In this document: positions 1 to 14,761 of the stretch, in pieces
Position numbering within the stretch: position 1 is the first letter of the stretch
How the letters are laid out: the number at the start of each line of letters is the position of its first letter
NCBI GenBank assembly: GCA_008690995.1
Contig: VRMN01000011.1
Location: 186,001 to 250,000 of the forward strand
DNA: 64,000 bases
DNA from: Porphyridium purpureum
Lineage: Eukaryota
Reading direction: 5' to 3'
Program-made: the position numbers and the translations under genes
Notes under the pieces: generated by a model
The model's input: the letters and a program-made list of their open reading frames with translations, nothing else
Told to the model about the DNA's origin: nothing
Databases searched by the model: none

Positions 1-1368
1 ACAGTCCTGGAAGCCGCACAAAAGCTCGAGATGATTCGGAACAAGAAGGCGCACGTGCAGCCGGGAGAGTACGTCGATTATGATGTGTATGGTCGTGGTG
101 ATCCGCGCATCTTTGGCGAGGGAGCGCACATCGAGAGCAAACGCCAGTGTGCCGAAGTGTCACTGGCCAAACAGGAGGAAGCGTCCAAGAAGCCAGCGAA
201 GAGCAAGATTAAGTTCCCAGTGGGCGCAGATAATTACTATCGCGATTACGAGAAGGAAAAGGCATCGATGTTGCGCTCGGTCAGCCAGAAGGTCACACCG
301 CTCAAGGCAAACGTGTATGACGCGGCCGACACGGCAGCAGATGAACTCGTCATGGCTACCATGGAGGATATCTTGCTCAACACAGAGTTTGACCTCGAGA
401 AGCTCGCGGAAATGGATGCCGAAGCGGCTGAGAAAGAGGCAGAGATGGTAAAGGCCACGGGTGTACCGGCCGACGGAACAGCAGTCACACCCACAACCAT
501 CATGGAGGGTGATGCGGCTGCAGCTGCCGTGGCAGAACCGGCTCCTGCAGTCGCAGCCGACCTTGTGCCCGTAGCACCAGAAAAGCGCGCGGACTTCCAA
601 CAGTTGAAGTCGCGTGATTATGCTCTAGCAGATGAGTCGAACGCGGTGGTGGACGAGACGGCGAAAACAGACTTTAAGTCTAAGTTTTCGATGTTTGAGG
701 CGGACAAACCGGTCAAGAAGGAAGACCCGCAACCTGAGAATGTCGCTTCATCGTCAGCTGAAGCCGTTCCTGGACCTCTTGGTGAGTCTGCTGCGGATGC
801 AGCGGTCGAGTCAGAGCCAGTGGAGGCTGAAGAGCAGGCGATAGAGAAGACTTTTGTTCCAGCACCGGCAGTATTGGATGAGACCGAAGCCTCTCCTGAA
901 GCAGCGCAAGCGGCACCGGAAACCGCATCGGCAGCCGAGCCAGCAGCTGTACCAGAGCCTGCCGCGGAGGAAGATGGGGTCGCCGAAGAAGCCGTCGAGG
1001 ATGCACAACAGGAAGACAAGGAAGAGGAACCTGCCGCAGTTGTTGCGGCGGCGGCGGTAGCAGGGCCGCCAGGTCGTCCACCAAAGCCCCAAACGACTGC
1101 ATATGAGAATGTTCCGGCACCGCCGGAGCAGGTAGATTACACTGGCACGGGAGGAGTCCTTTCCAGCGGGGCCGAAAGTGAGGATGTGGAAGCTGTGGCT
1201 TCCGGCACCGGCGAACCGGTGAAGAAGAAGAAAAAGAAGAAGAAGGTGACGTCCGACAGCGAGGGTATGTCAGACGTCATGTCCGCAGACGGTACTGGGG
1301 CCGATGGCGAAGTCAAGAAGAAGAAGAAGAAGAAAAAGAAGCCGGTCGCTGAGGCAGTCCCCGCATAA
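1..1368 (+). CDS. 5'-partial Ala/Glu/Pro-rich, probably disordered protein with two C-terminal poly-Lys tracts
   Basis: Frame 1 is open from base 1 (TVLEAAQKLEM...) to TAA at 1366-1368; low-complexity acidic body; GTG..VKKKKKKKK motif occurs twice. No family recognised. Confidence 0.7.
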   Translation, partial: TVLEAAQKLEMIRNKKAHVQPGEYVDYDVYGRGDPRIFGEGAHIESKRQCAEVSLAKQEEASKKPAKSKIKFPVGADNYYRDYEKEKASMLRSVSQKVTPLKANVYDAADTAADELVMATMEDILLNTEFDLEKLAEMDAEAAEKEAEMVKATGVPADGTAVTPTTIMEGDAAAAAVAEPAPAVAADLVPVAPEKRADFQQLKSRDYALADESNAVVDETAKTDFKSKFSMFEADKPVKKEDPQPENVASSSAEAVPGPLGESAADAAVESEPVEAEEQAIEKTFVPAPAVLDETEASPEAAQAAPETASAAEPAAVPEPAAEEDGVAEEAVEDAQQEDKEEEPAAVVAAAAVAGPPGRPPKPQTTAYENVPAPPEQVDYTGTGGVLSSGAESEDVEAVASGTGEPVKKKKKKKKVTSDSEGMSDVMSADGTGADGEVKKKKKKKKKPVAEAVPA

Positions 1369-2333
1369 ATGAAGGGTCCGATGAGTGCTTGATTCGCACC
1401 GTTCTGATTCCGTTTAGATAGGAGTGTGCTCTCGTCGTGAATCTTTGGTGCAGTCCTTTTTTTTCTGACTCGGATTTCTAGCCCTTGTCTTCTTTGACTG
1501 TATATTGGCTTTAATCTTCTTTGACTTGTAGGCGGTGTTTTTTCATAAGAGAACGTTGCTGTGTGTGGTGGTCAAACTCACTAGATGCGGGCTTGAAGCT
1601 CAATCCCAAGCATGCGAGTTTGACGGTTTCGCAACTGATTTGTTTTTCATGGTTGGAGGGGTCCGAATCAATTCTGTTTGCAGACAGGCGTTGAAGGGTT
1701 GCCTTGTTGGCAGGGCGGATCCTGTACACCGATTCGTGTTTGCTAGTCGCGGACGCGGGCTCGGTGGATATGTTGGTACGGAGTGATGCAGTGCCGTGCG
1801 GTACGGTGCGCCAATGTGGGGAATGAGCTCAGCGCTGATACCATGTCGTTTTCGGGCAGGTAGTAGATGTCTGGGCTTCTTGTCTCTTGTGTGCTCTAGC
1901 AGTTTCCGGTGGCCGGCGCAGTTGCAAGATAATTTTGGTGTCGTTGTGACCTGTAGTTTTCATCTTCGTAATGAACGAATGCAGCCTTGCGTCGTCGTGG
2001 GTTGATTGCCCCCCGCACCCAGCTAAGCGTGACTAACCCGGTTGGCCGAACCGCGCTGAATTATTTTTCGCCCAATAACGACTCTATAGTAAAATGGGGC
2101 GTTTTCATGGAGAGTGAAAATGGGACTACGAAAACGGAAAGAAACGGGCCGCTTTTTGGAGTGTGTGTGGGTTTGGTAATCCGATCTCGGCCGGTGCGAT
2201 TCCGTGTGCCGTCGCCTGCGCCTACTTGTAGCGGCGAAAGAGACCGAGTCTGGGTCTCCGAGGGTGGCGATCGGCTGCATTCCGTCGCATCTTTGAGGTT
2301 CTGTGCGTATTGCCGGCTTGCCTCGCACACCAG

Positions 2334-5300
2334 ATGTACCTGTTCGTGGGAAGCGCGCCCGCGGCGCTGGCGCCATGTCGCAACCTGTCGGCGAGCGGCG
2401 CGCTCCAAGCGATCGCAGCGAGGCGCCGCGCCTTGGCCAACGGCGCGACGTGTCGCGCGCGGTGTGTGCGTGTGCGCATGGCCGCCGATCAGGATGATAC
2501 AGACGGCCTGCTGAATCGGAGCAAATTGGACCTGGATGCGCCAGACATGATCACAAGCGAGAACGCGTTCGAGCTCAAGGGCCAGGATATGCTCGATGCC
2601 TTGCAGAAAGACTGGGATTATGATGCAGTGCAGAAAAGGCATTTTGACGCCGACGGGAACTTTATTCCGCCGTGGGTGGCCTATGCCCCACCGGAGGTCA
2701 AAGCGCGGACCGATCTGAAGAAAATCCTGCTGATCGGCGCAGGTCCCATTGTGATTGGCCAGGCGTGCGAGTTTGACTATTCCGGCACACAAGCGTGCAA
2801 GGCACTGCGCGATCTCGGGTACGAGGTCGTGCTCGTCAATTCTAACCCAGCAACCATCATGACTGATCCGGAGACGGCCGAGCGGACGTACATTGAGCCG
2901 CTGAACGTTGAGGTTCTGGAGGCGATTATCGCCAAAGAGAGGCCCGATGCGTTGCTACCCACCATGGGCGGGCAAACCGCGCTGAATCTGTCGCGCCGTC
3001 TGGCTGTGGAAGGTATTCTTGACAAGTATGGCGTGGAGCTTATCGGAGCCAACCTCAAGGCAATTGAAAAGGGCGAAGATAGACTGCTGTTCCGCGACGC
3101 AATGGAGAAAATCGGTGTTCCTTGCTGTCCGTCCGGCATTGCCACTACGCTCGCCGAGGCGCGTGACGTAGGCAAGGTAATCGGCTCGTTCCCGTTGATT
3201 GTGCGTCCGGCCTACACGCTCGGCGGCACAGGTGGTGGTATCGCGTACAATCCAGAGGAGTTTGATGTGCTCGCCCAGGGTGGCATTGATGCAAGCCCAG
3301 TATCGCAGATCTTGGTGGAGAAGTCTCTGCTGGGCTGGAAAGAGTACGAACTGGAAGTGATGCGCGACGGTGCTGACAACGTGGTAATTGTCTGTGCGAT
3401 TGAAAATCTCGACCCCATGGGTGTGCACACGGGCGATTCCATCACGGTTGCTCCAACGCAAACTCTCACGGACCGCGAGTATCAGCGCTTGCGTGACATG
3501 TCCATCGCGATCATTCGGGAAATTGGAGTGGACACCGGGGGCTCGAACATTCAGTTTTCAGTCAACCCGGAAAACGGCGATGTGATTGTCATCGAAATGA
3601 ACCCGCGTGTTTCGCGCTCGTCTGCCTTGGCGTCCAAGGCGACTGGCTTTCCCATCGCAAAGCTGGCCGCCAAGCTCTCGGTGGGCCTGACGCTTCCGCA
3701 GCTCCGCAACGATATTACCAAGGAGACACCCGCGGCTTTTGAGCCGAGCTTGGACTATGTGGTGACCAAGGTGCCTCGTTTCGCGTTTGAAAAGTTCGTG
3801 GGTGCCAGCAACACGCTGACGACGCAAATGCGCTCGGTGGGAGAGGCCATGGCAATCGGGCGTACGTGGATCGAGTCGTTTCAGAAAGCTTTGCGGTCGC
3901 TCGAGACAGGTCGTGCCGGCTTTGGCTTCGACGGAAAAGATGCAGATGCTACGAAAATCGGACAAGAGAAGCTGGAGTCGATTCTGCGCATTCCGACACC
4001 GGAGCGAATCTTCTCCGTGCTCACCGCGTTCCGAAAGGGTATGAGTGTGAAGGACGTGTTTGAGCTTAGCAAGTATGATCCGTGGTTCCTTGGTAACTTG
4101 CATGAGGTGTACCTCGCGGCGACCAACCTGCAAGGCCGTGCCTTGGAGAGCCTTTCTGCTGGCGAGCTGCTCGCCATCAAGGCGCTTGGCTTCTCTGACA
4201 TCCAGCTGGCGTTTATTCTCGGTTGCACTGAGCGTGAGGTGCGGCTGTATCGCAAGTCAAAAGGCATTCGCCCGTGCTACAAGACAGTGGACACATGCTC
4301 GGCAGAGTTCGAGGCCTACACGCCATACTTGTACTCGACGTACGAGAGTGGTGCGGTGTGGGATGATGATGATACGGATGACATTGTGGGTATGATGGAG
4401 AGTGAAACACCACCGCCGACGGGCAAGCCCAAGATCATGATTCTTGGCGGCGGTCCGAACCGCATCGGTCAGGGCATTGAGTTTGATTACTGTTGCGTGC
4501 ATGCATGCTTTGCGCTTCGTGACGCCGGCTACGAAACCATCATGGTCAATTCTAATCCAGAGACGGTATCGACAGATTATGATACCGCCGACCGACTGTA
4601 CTTTGAGCCTCTGACCCTCGAAGACGTGATTGGTGTGCTTGAGGCGGAGAATCCAGACGGTGTGATCGTACAGTTCGGTGGGCAAACCCCGCTTCGGCTC
4701 GCGGTTCCGCTTGAGCGCTATTTGGCGTCGGACGAGGCCCAGGCCGCTGGTGTGACGACGAAGATTCTGGGAACATCGCCCGATAGCATTGATGCGGCGG
4801 AGGACCGCGATCGCTTCATCGAGATTTTAGAAGATCTGCAGATTCGTCAGCCGAAGAATGGCATCGCGACCTCGTATCAGCAGGCGCTAGAAATTGCGGA
4901 AAAGATTGGCTACCCATTGGTCGTGCGTCCCTCGTATGTTCTGGGTGGCCGCGGCATGGAGATTGTGTACGAAAACAGTGAGCTTCGTGAGTACATGGAT
5001 TCAGAGGTGGTGGTTGAGAGCGAACATCCTGTGCTGATCGACAGCTTCCTCAGCAATGCGATCGAGGTAGACGTGGATGCTATTGCGGACGCGCAGGGTA
5101 ATGTGGTGATTGGTGGTATTATGGAGCACATTGAGCAGGCCGGCATCCACTCTGGTGACTCGGCGTGCTCACTTCCGACGGTAACGATTCCGTATGAGGC
5201 CATGGTCACTATTCGGCAATGGACCGTTGCGTTGGCGCGCCGGCTCAAGGTCGTTGGACTCATGAATGTGCAGTGGGCAGTACAGGGCAGCACAGTCTAT

Positions 5301-6035
5301 ATTCTGGAGGCGAACCCGCGCGCCTCACGCACCGTACCCTTTGTCAGCAAAGCGATTGGGAAGCCGCTTGCCAAAATTGCGAGTCTCGTGATGGCCGGCA
5401 AGACGCTGACTGAGCTTGACTTTACCACCGAGGTGATTCCTTCGCACATCAGCGTGAAGGAGGCTGTTCTTCCCTTTGAAAAATTCCCCGGAGCGGATGT
5501 GCTGCTGAGTCCCGAGATGCGATCGACGGGCGAGGTCATGGGCATTGCGAGTTCGTTTGGAGCTGCTTTCTCAAAGGCGCAGCTGGCGGCCGGTCTGAAG
5601 CTGCCGACCCGCGGCAAGATCTTCTTGTCACTCCGTGACATTGACAAGGAAGCCGCGGTGCCTCTCGCGCGTGACTTCGTGGACCTGGGCTTCACGGTGG
5701 TCGCGACGCGCGGCACCTACTCGTACCTTGTGAGCCAAGGCCTGAACCCCCCTTGCGTGGAGCTCGCGCTGAAGATAAATGAGGGCCGACCTAACATCCT
5801 GGACATGATCAAGAGCCGGGAAATCTGCCTATTTATCTCGACGCCGGACCGCAAGAAGGAGCACAAGAGCGGCGTGGCGCTGCGCCGCGCAGTCATCACT
5901 GAGAAAGTTCCGCTCGTGACCACGGTAGCCGCGGCGCGCGCCGTCGCACAGGCGCTCCGCATTTCCACGTCGCAGGGGTACGACGTGCGCGCCATGCAAG
6001 ATTACCACCCGCAGTATGCGTCCACCCAGAAGTGA
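2334..6035 (+). CDS. carB: Carbamoyl-phosphate synthase large subunit, plastid-targeted
   Basis: [59 protein letters not shown], second half [20 protein letters not shown]-terminal MGS-like domain; start at MYLFVGS.. transit-peptide-like ATG. Confidence 0.97.
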   Translation: MYLFVGSAPAALAPCRNLSASGALQAIAARRRALANGATCRARCVRVRMAADQDDTDGLLNRSKLDLDAPDMITSENAFELKGQDMLDALQKDWDYDAVQKRHFDADGNFIPPWVAYAPPEVKARTDLKKILLIGAGPIVIGQACEFDYSGTQACKALRDLGYEVVLVNSNPATIMTDPETAERTYIEPLNVEVLEAIIAKERPDALLPTMGGQTALNLSRRLAVEGILDKYGVELIGANLKAIEKGEDRLLFRDAMEKIGVPCCPSGIATTLAEARDVGKVIGSFPLIVRPAYTLGGTGGGIAYNPEEFDVLAQGGIDASPVSQILVEKSLLGWKEYELEVMRDGADNVVIVCAIENLDPMGVHTGDSITVAPTQTLTDREYQRLRDMSIAIIREIGVDTGGSNIQFSVNPENGDVIVIEMNPRVSRSSALASKATGFPIAKLAAKLSVGLTLPQLRNDITKETPAAFEPSLDYVVTKVPRFAFEKFVGASNTLTTQMRSVGEAMAIGRTWIESFQKALRSLETGRAGFGFDGKDADATKIGQEKLESILRIPTPERIFSVLTAFRKGMSVKDVFELSKYDPWFLGNLHEVYLAATNLQGRALESLSAGELLAIKALGFSDIQLAFILGCTEREVRLYRKSKGIRPCYKTVDTCSAEFEAYTPYLYSTYESGAVWDDDDTDDIVGMMESETPPPTGKPKIMILGGGPNRIGQGIEFDYCCVHACFALRDAGYETIMVNSNPETVSTDYDTADRLYFEPLTLEDVIGVLEAENPDGVIVQFGGQTPLRLAVPLERYLASDEAQAAGVTTKILGTSPDSIDAAEDRDRFIEILEDLQIRQPKNGIATSYQQALEIAEKIGYPLVVRPSYVLGGRGMEIVYENSELREYMDSEVVVESEHPVLIDSFLSNAIEVDVDAIADAQGNVVIGGIMEHIEQAGIHSGDSACSLPTVTIPYEAMVTIRQWTVALARRLKVVGLMNVQWAVQGSTVYILEANPRASRTVPFVSKAIGKPLAKIASLVMAGKTLTELDFTTEVIPSHISVKEAVLPFEKFPGADVLLSPEMRSTGEVMGIASSFGAAFSKAQLAAGLKLPTRGKIFLSLRDIDKEAAVPLARDFVDLGFTVVATRGTYSYLVSQGLNPPCVELALKINEGRPNILDMIKSREICLFISTPDRKKEHKSGVALRRAVITEKVPLVTTVAAARAVAQALRISTSQGYDVRAMQDYHPQYASTQK

Positions 6036-6049
6036 ATCTGAACGCTGGT

Positions 6050-6110
6050 GCAGCGCAGAAGCAGCGCAGAAGCAGCGCAGAAGCAGCGCAGAAGCAGCGC
6101 GGAAGCAGCG
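6050..6110 (+). repeat. 11-bp tandem repeat (GCAGCGCAGAA) x ~5.5 just after the carB stop
   Basis: Read directly; one copy is a GCAGCGCGGAA variant. Confidence 0.95.
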
Positions 6111-6340
6111 ATGTTCGCGCTGTGTGCCCGCGCGTCTGCTGCACCTTCGCGTGGCAATGGATAAGCACCTTCCCACTGTACCTGCGTTTCTATTCGTAAA
6201 ACACGCTCTTTTTCGTAGGCATGTAGAGGTACTGTTCTTCTCTCACCGGCCGAAGGCGCGAGTCGAAATCTGGACGTCGACGCGGGCTCGCGTGCGCGTC
6301 GGCAGGCAAGCGCGGTTTGTGTTGACGGCTCGAATCATAG

Positions 6341-8554
<2,214 letters not shown>

Positions 8555-8703
8555 ACATGCGCGCAACGATATCGGACTGGAAGCAAATGCTGGCCCGTTG
8601 CTCGCACAGAAACGTAAGATTGCGTGTTGCGCATATAAAAGATCTACCAGATCGGCTTGCTTCTCCGCGTCATATTATTTTCACTTAATAAATGGTGCCA
8701 CTA

Positions 8704-9801
8704 CAGTCCTGGCCAAGATGTTTGCAACACCTGCATTTTGGTCCAAAAAATTGGATCTTATAGTGAAATAGCCCATTTTAATAGAAAACTTATTTTTAAC
8801 TCTTTTTTTAACATTGTCAACATCGAGCATGACGGTGAACCAAGGCGCGGCGCGCGCGTTTTTGTTTTCCCCAGAACATCAGAAGGTGCTCAAAGGATCT
8901 TCGCTCGCTGATCCATCTCGTCGTGCGCAAGTGGAGAGTCTCCAGATCGAAATTGAGCGCGCAACGGCCGAACGATGGCGCCGTGGCTGTCGGAACACGA
9001 AAAAAGGCAGATCGACGCCCTTGCGGGCCAGGATCTGTCGGTGCGAGCCATTGCGAAGGCTCTGAAGCCTCGCCCAGATCGCTCGCGACCGTCCTATGCA
9101 ACTGTGAGCCGTTATCTGGCGTCAAGGGGCGCCGAATTGTCCGCAAGAAGCCAGGTCCGAAACGGCTTTTGAGTCGCAAATCGGAACGCCGCATCATTCG
9201 CGCCGTATCTGTTGATACACTGACGTCCGGACAGGTGGTTCACGAGCTGCACTTGCAGTGCTCGCCCAGGACAGTGCGTCGGACGCTTCAAGCAGCAGGC
9301 TTTCTTCGCTACAAGCGAGTCTCGCGGAAACCTTCGCTGTCGTCTGACAACATCAGGAAGCGATTGGCGTTTGCCACCGCATTCATTGGAAAACCAATGG
9401 CTTTCTGGCATCAAGTGATCTTTTCAGACGAGAAGATTTGGAGCTGCAACGGCCCATTCGGCTCCTCGCAGCGATGGGTCGACTGTCGCGCCAAGTCAAG
9501 TTCGTACGCCAGGCGCCAGCACTCTGGAGGTGGCAAGGTTCACATGTGGGCCGGTATGTCCCTGCGCAGCCTAACAATGGCCGTCTTCGTCGAGGGTGGC
9601 TTGAATGCCGTGAAGTATCAACAAGTCTTGCTGGAAGCCTTGCTTCCGCTTGGCCTGGAAATGTATGACTTCAATTTCACTTTCCAGCAAGACAATGCCC
9701 TGGCACATACGGCCAACTCAACCAAGGCGTGGCTCGACGCACTCGGCGTCACTGTGCTGCCGTGGCCTGCAAGGTCTCCGGACCTTAACCCAATTGAAAA
9801 C
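8704..9801 (+). mobile_element. Tc1-family DNA transposon, frameshifted and 3'-truncated
   Basis: TA at 8702-8703 followed by Tc1-like TIR start CAGTCCTGGCCAAGATG; HTH N-terminus from ATG 8975; 1-nt shift near 9126; core FSDEK...QQDNA...SPDLNPIEN with 34 residues between the second D and E (DD34E); similarity stops right after the E and no right TIR was found. Confidence 0.92.
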
Positions 9802-10318
9802 ACCCGACGGCGCTCCTATGCTGAAAGCCTCCATCTCTCGCTCCCCAGTCTGCATTGTCGGCAAATGTCTCTGAAATCTGTCCTTGCCAAGACAGGGGTA
9901 TGGCCAACTCCGAAATGACGGTAAAGATAGCATCTGAAATCTTGTCAGAACTAATTTCTTTCTCAGTGGGTTTGTGAGGCGAGGCCATGAAGCCGCAAGT
10001 CTTGGCTCGCGGTTGCTGCATCTTTTTCGAACATATATAAACCTGCAGATGGGCTCGTGATCATGAGCGATTCTACCTGCTGACTGTAGCCATGCATCAT
10101 GTTCCGATTCGCAAGTGGCATGTGCCGCGCCAGGATCGAAGCCACGAGAAGTCTTCCACAGCTTCTTCTCTTTTTTACACGCACCCACTTTGATGCGCAA
10201 TCGAATGAGCTGCTGAGCCACATAGGATCTGCGTCATCCTTAACGCCGACGCTGCTTGTATCCACGTGCGCCATCGAGAGTGGGTCAACAAAGAAATTCT
10301 TGCACGCGCAGTGCGCTG

Positions 10319-11356
10319 CTATTGAAGACTTCTGATGTACTCGAGCGCACTTGTGTCGACGATGCCCTGATACTCGGCAAGTATTTTGCAGGCGACGGAC
10401 ACGTCTTCATGTTCAGACCCGGAAGTACCTAGCTGTTGCTTCTGTCCTGCTTCTGCCTGCAAAGCTGCGCGATTTTGCTCGTATCGCTGAATAATGCCCA
10501 CCGAATCCCACAAATTCTTCTCAGATACCCGCGGGATTCGAATTTTGTTGGTGAACAAGTGGCTCAGTTTCACGAGCTTGTCGACAAGCACTTCAGCTTT
10601 CCGGTCCGGAAAGAGACTGAGGCACTCGAACAGTTCCAGCACCACACCCACTGCGCTTAAAAGCATGTACCCAAGTTTCTTTCGATCAATCGATGCGGTG
10701 ATGTGCACGAGCCACTGCACTTCGGCATCTGACGCGATTCCGAATGAGCGTCGCTTCTGCTCTGCATCTGCTGATTTTCCCAGAGATGAAGTGGAACGCA
10801 CAACAAGGAGCTTACGGATTGTTTCCCACAATTCTGATGCGACTTGTTCAGCAGCGCGTGAACCGCCATCCTTCCTTACCAGCGCAAGCTTGATGGCCAT
10901 TTCCCAATCTCCGCGGAGGACGCAGGCTGAAATGGCCGTGCTCTGGTATGCCCGCGGGACTATAGCACGCTCGAGCACGGAAAGCGGCACTATGCTGGAG
11001 TGACTCACCGAACGCAATTGCTTGCAATGATAATGGAGCTCATCGTCTGACACGTCCGTGAACGTTTGATACTTTGTGAGTATGGCGATTGTGCGCTCTT
11101 GTTCAAGCGGCCCCATTTCTAGACCGTTTGCGACCAGCGCTTTCTGCAATCTCCGCATCAGTGCAAAGTCCTGCCTTGCAGATTGATCACTAGGCACCGC
11201 GCGGATTAGAACGCTGCTCCCGCGTTTCGTGGATCGTGACTCACACGAAGCGCGTAAGCGGCGCCACCTCGAGCATATACTGCCCTCACAAGAACCGCGG
11301 AACGCGGATGGAAGGCGCGTCGCGGCACATACATGAAAAGAAAGAGCGTGCGCCAT
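10319..11356 (-). CDS. Hypothetical helical protein with plastid-transit-peptide-like N-terminus
   Basis: 345-aa ORF; MAHALSFHVCAA.. Ser/Arg-rich leader; no family recognised; 3' end may be disturbed next to the Tc1 junction. Confidence 0.6.
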   Translation of the reverse strand: MAHALSFHVCAATRLPSAFRGSCEGSICSRWRRLRASCESRSTKRGSSVLIRAVPSDQSARQDFALMRRLQKALVANGLEMGPLEQERTIAILTKYQTFTDVSDDELHYHCKQLRSVSHSSIVPLSVLERAIVPRAYQSTAISACVLRGDWEMAIKLALVRKDGGSRAAEQVASELWETIRKLLVVRSTSSLGKSADAEQKRRSFGIASDAEVQWLVHITASIDRKKLGYMLLSAVGVVLELFECLSLFPDRKAEVLVDKLVKLSHLFTNKIRIPRVSEKNLWDSVGIIQRYEQNRAALQAEAGQKQQLGTSGSEHEDVSVACKILAEYQGIVDTSALEYIRSLQ

Positions 11357-11722
11357 CGCCTAGTTACCCAGTCACGAAGGCTTGAACACGGAGGATGGTG
11401 ACAAAAATGCCTCGCTGTTCTCCCAACATGGCATTTGGATACAACCCGCTACGGATACTTCAGTGACGCCGGGAGGAGTGATGAATGTCGTTCAGGAGGA
11501 GTGCTGCGTGTCGTGTCCGGAATTAATGTACTTTTTATGAGCTAGCCAGGTGCGCTCGGAAAGATACACAGCTACAGCAGCACGGGCGGAGCGGGGCGCA
11601 CTGGCTGGATACATCCATGGACGCAAGGTTATGACACAGAAGGTCGAATCAAAATGAATCACTCGGTATCTTTGATTAGCTTCCCGTACTTGCCCATTCG
11701 TACGAGAACACGGACGCCTCGC

Positions 11723-12349
11723 CTACTTCCACCACGGGTTGGTGTTGGTTCGGAAATCAGTCTCGGTCCATGGCTTCAGCAGCACATTGTCGCTCGAGTC
11801 GACCTCTGTGTGCGCGAGCGCCAGAGAGAGCGGCGCTGGACCACGGATAACCTTCCCTTCCTTGTTGTACTGCGACCCGTGGCACGGGCACATGTACTTG
11901 TTCTCGGCACGGTTCCACGGCACGATGCATCCCAAGTGGGTGCAGGTGGCGTTGATGGCGTAGTACTCGATGCCCTTCTCTTCGCCCACAATCAGCCAGT
12001 ACGCGTCACCCTTGAGGCCCTGCACGAGCTCGCGGTCGCCCTTGTTCTTGTTGTTTGTGAACGCGGCCTTCTTGACGTCGTTTCCGAGCGCGTCCTTGGC
12101 CACCACGCCGCCGCTGCCGCCGCCGACCTTTGGCGGCACGAAGAAGCCCGCGTACAGTCCGAGGCCGATCGTGGCCGGCGTGGCCACGGCGCCGAACAGC
12201 AGCAAGTTCATGGTGTTACGCTTGGCCATGTCCGGCACCATGCCGTCCGCGGCCGCGGCCATCGTCAGGCTGGCGGGCTTGACGCTCACCGCCGCCGCCT
12301 TCTTCTGCGGGGCGACTGCCGCCCCGTGGAATCCACTGACAAACGCCAT
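11723..12349 (-). CDS. petC: Cytochrome b6f Rieske iron-sulfur subunit
   Basis: CTHLGC and CPCHGSQY Rieske boxes, [40 protein letters not shown] transit peptide. Confidence 0.99.
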   Translation of the reverse strand: MAFVSGFHGAAVAPQKKAAAVSVKPASLTMAAAADGMVPDMAKRNTMNLLLFGAVATPATIGLGLYAGFFVPPKVGGGSGGVVAKDALGNDVKKAAFTNNKNKGDRELVQGLKGDAYWLIVGEEKGIEYYAINATCTHLGCIVPWNRAENKYMCPCHGSQYNKEGKVIRGPAPLSLALAHTEVDSSDNVLLKPWTETDFRTNTNPWWK

Positions 12350-13642
12350 GTCTCAGTTCTATCTGTACACGTGTCCCTGACCTTCAGCCTCCTCCGCAAC
12401 CCCCACACTCCCCTCTCCGCGCACCCACTCCCCCCCTTCTTATACAAATCTCCTCTCCCTTCCGCCCTGCCACCTGACCGCGAAACCAAACCAAACTTCC
12501 CTTGTTACACCTCGCTCCGCGCCCGCTACGCCTTCCGCACACACACGCGCTCCGCAGCCCCGGCCTATCTCCAAAAACACGCCCAATCTACCACGAGCGC
12601 GCAATCACGCCGCATCACAAATTCCACCCGGTTCTGCGATTCTGGCGCGCGTGGCGTGCGTGATGCGCTGAACCGCGCACACGTGTGTTGTGAATGAGAC
12701 ACGTGCTGCTGTGTAGACGCAACGCTACATTTCGACTCGTTCTACGACGACGACGACTACAACTGTACGCGGCGTCCGTGTGAAGCACCAGGCCGTGGCT
12801 CGTTTCCGTACTCCGTCGCCCCAAACGCAACGTGCAGGAAACTTACCTCTTCTATACAGATGCAAACAAAACGTGCGAGCTTTTACTTTTCGCTTTTTGG
12901 CTTTTGGTTTGTTCGGCGTGTCTATCAAAGTGCCGGCGTTTTCTGTTTATCATAAACTGCGCGGCGCGCACGACTCCGCACGCGGGTCTCGAGCTCACCC
13001 CGTCACAGCACGAGCTCCGGCGCCGTGTCCACGGCAGGTCCTTTTTCTCAAGGCACGTCAGGGCGTGCGTGCGCGAAGCTGCACTGTACCTCTCCTGCTT
13101 TCTACGCTGGCGCGCCGTGGAAAATGGTGCGTGGGCGTGGGGGTGTGCAATGCGGCATGCGATGGCCATCTTGCACATCACGGGAGGGCCCGAAGTACAG
13201 TTGCAGGGTGTACAGCGCCGGGGACGACCGTTACGCGTCGCTTCGCGCGGGCAGCGCGCGCGAGCAGCTGCGGGAGCGCGGAGGTGCGTTTGGCGCGCGT
13301 CGGCTCGCGAGCGCCCGAACGGAAAGCAAACAAGCCGCAAGGCACACGAGAAAAATCTGCGCGTGCGCACGCGAAATGCGCGCGTGGCAGGCGCAGAGAA
13401 GCGACGCGCGTTAGATACGCACGGCTCAGCCGTTCATCTTGCGCACAGGGAGAGAGATACACCGGCACTACGAGAGGCATAAACGCTGCTCTGGGGGTAA
13501 GTGGGGTGTGGCCTGGAATACAAGGAGCGGGATTCAGCGTGCGTTAGAGCGGGGAGGGGTGTTTGCGGTGCGGACTGTGGGGAGGACGGAGCAAGGAGGC
13601 TGGGCGTGGGTGTGAGCAAAGCGCTGCACTTGAGAGGTGGGA

Positions 13643-14530
13643 ATGGCGGTGGGATTTGTGGGCGCGGCGGGCGCGGCGCTGCACAAGCAGCACGCGCCGC
13701 AGGTGGGCCATGGCACGCCGGTTCGGCGCCCGGCGGCAGCGGCATTGAGCATGAAGGTCGGTGGAGGCAAGCCCCGATTCTCGTTCGGCTTCTTGCACCG
13801 TAAGTCTGGGAACGGGCGAAATGGTTCCGGGCGTGATGGAAACATGGGCGGCGGCTTTGGCGGTGCGGGATCGGGCGCGGGGTCGGGCTCCGGCTCGGGC
13901 TCGGGCTCGGGCTCCGGCTCGGGCTCCGACTGGGCGCGCGGCGCGGGCGGCGCGGGAGACGGCGCGTCGTCCAACCCGCTCTTGACCTTCTGGAAGGCGT
14001 ACAACTCGGCTCTGGAAGCACAGCCGCTGCTGATCAAAGCGATGACGTCCTTTGTTGGATTCAGTCTGGGCGACATCCTGGCGCAAAAGTTCCTGGGCCC
14101 CAAGAACGCAGCGCTGGACATGAACCGGCTCGGTCGCATGGCCGCATTTGGCTTTCTGATCCACGGACCCACGGGCCACTACTTTTACGGTGCGCTTGAC
14201 CGCGCGATTCCTGGCACGGAGGCTTGGAAGGTGGCCTCCAAGGTCGCGATCGACCAGATTCTTTGGGCTCCAATTTTCACAGTCATGTTCTTCGCCTTCA
14301 TCGGCGCCATGGAGGGTCGCAGTGTGGACGATATTAAGCAGAAGGTGAAGCGTGACACCTGGACTGGCGTCACGGGTTCCTGGAAGGTATGGCCGCTTGT
14401 GCACACCATCAATTTCAGATTCATCCCGTCTAGCCAACGCCTGCTGTACATTAACACGATTCAGATCGCGTACAACATGTTCTTGTCTCTTATTGCGAAC
14501 AAGGATGATGTCAAGGCTGTGGCAAAGTAG
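13643..14530 (+). CDS. Mpv17/PMP22 family membrane protein with transit peptide and Gly/Ser linker
   Basis: YNSALEAQPLLIKAMTS..GDILAQ, KVAIDQILWAP, WKVWPLVHTINFRFIP..RLLYIN. Confidence 0.93.
   Translation: MAVGFVGAAGAALHKQHAPQVGHGTPVRRPAAAALSMKVGGGKPRFSFGFLHRKSGNGRNGSGRDGNMGGGFGGAGSGAGSGSGSGSGSGSGSGSDWARGAGGAGDGASSNPLLTFWKAYNSALEAQPLLIKAMTSFVGFSLGDILAQKFLGPKNAALDMNRLGRMAAFGFLIHGPTGHYFYGALDRAIPGTEAWKVASKVAIDQILWAPIFTVMFFAFIGAMEGRSVDDIKQKVKRDTWTGVTGSWKVWPLVHTINFRFIPSSQRLLYINTIQIAYNMFLSLIANKDDVKAVAK
13866..13927 (+). repeat. Coding hexamer repeat (GGCTCS)n encoding (GS)n
   Basis: Read directly within the Mpv17 CDS. Confidence 0.85.
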
Positions 14531-14761
14531 CTGGTAATTTTACCATTCAAGATGATGCATCGCTCAACTGCGCACATGGCCAATGGTGCAACCTCCACGT
14601 CAGTCTTGTGGAAGTATCGCGAAGAGGAAGAAATGGCGGCACACCTGGCAGGAGAGCATATTCGAAGAAAGACGACAGGCGTTCGAATGATACTTCAACA
14701 AAAGTAAAGACAGAGTACAAATAGTTTTTTAAGGAAAATTATCTCGCACACTCGCAACCTG

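Noticed and set aside
1..10. ACAGTCCTGG at the window start resembles the Tc1 TIR start at 8703
   Set aside because: Only 10 nt, in direct orientation and inside an open reading frame; coincidence.
11654..12697. Long antisense or overlapping ORFs (also 13544-14437, 22082-23104, 26286-27089, 55834-56721)
   Set aside because: Expected opposite GC-rich, codon-biased genes; the translations are low-information and lack motifs.
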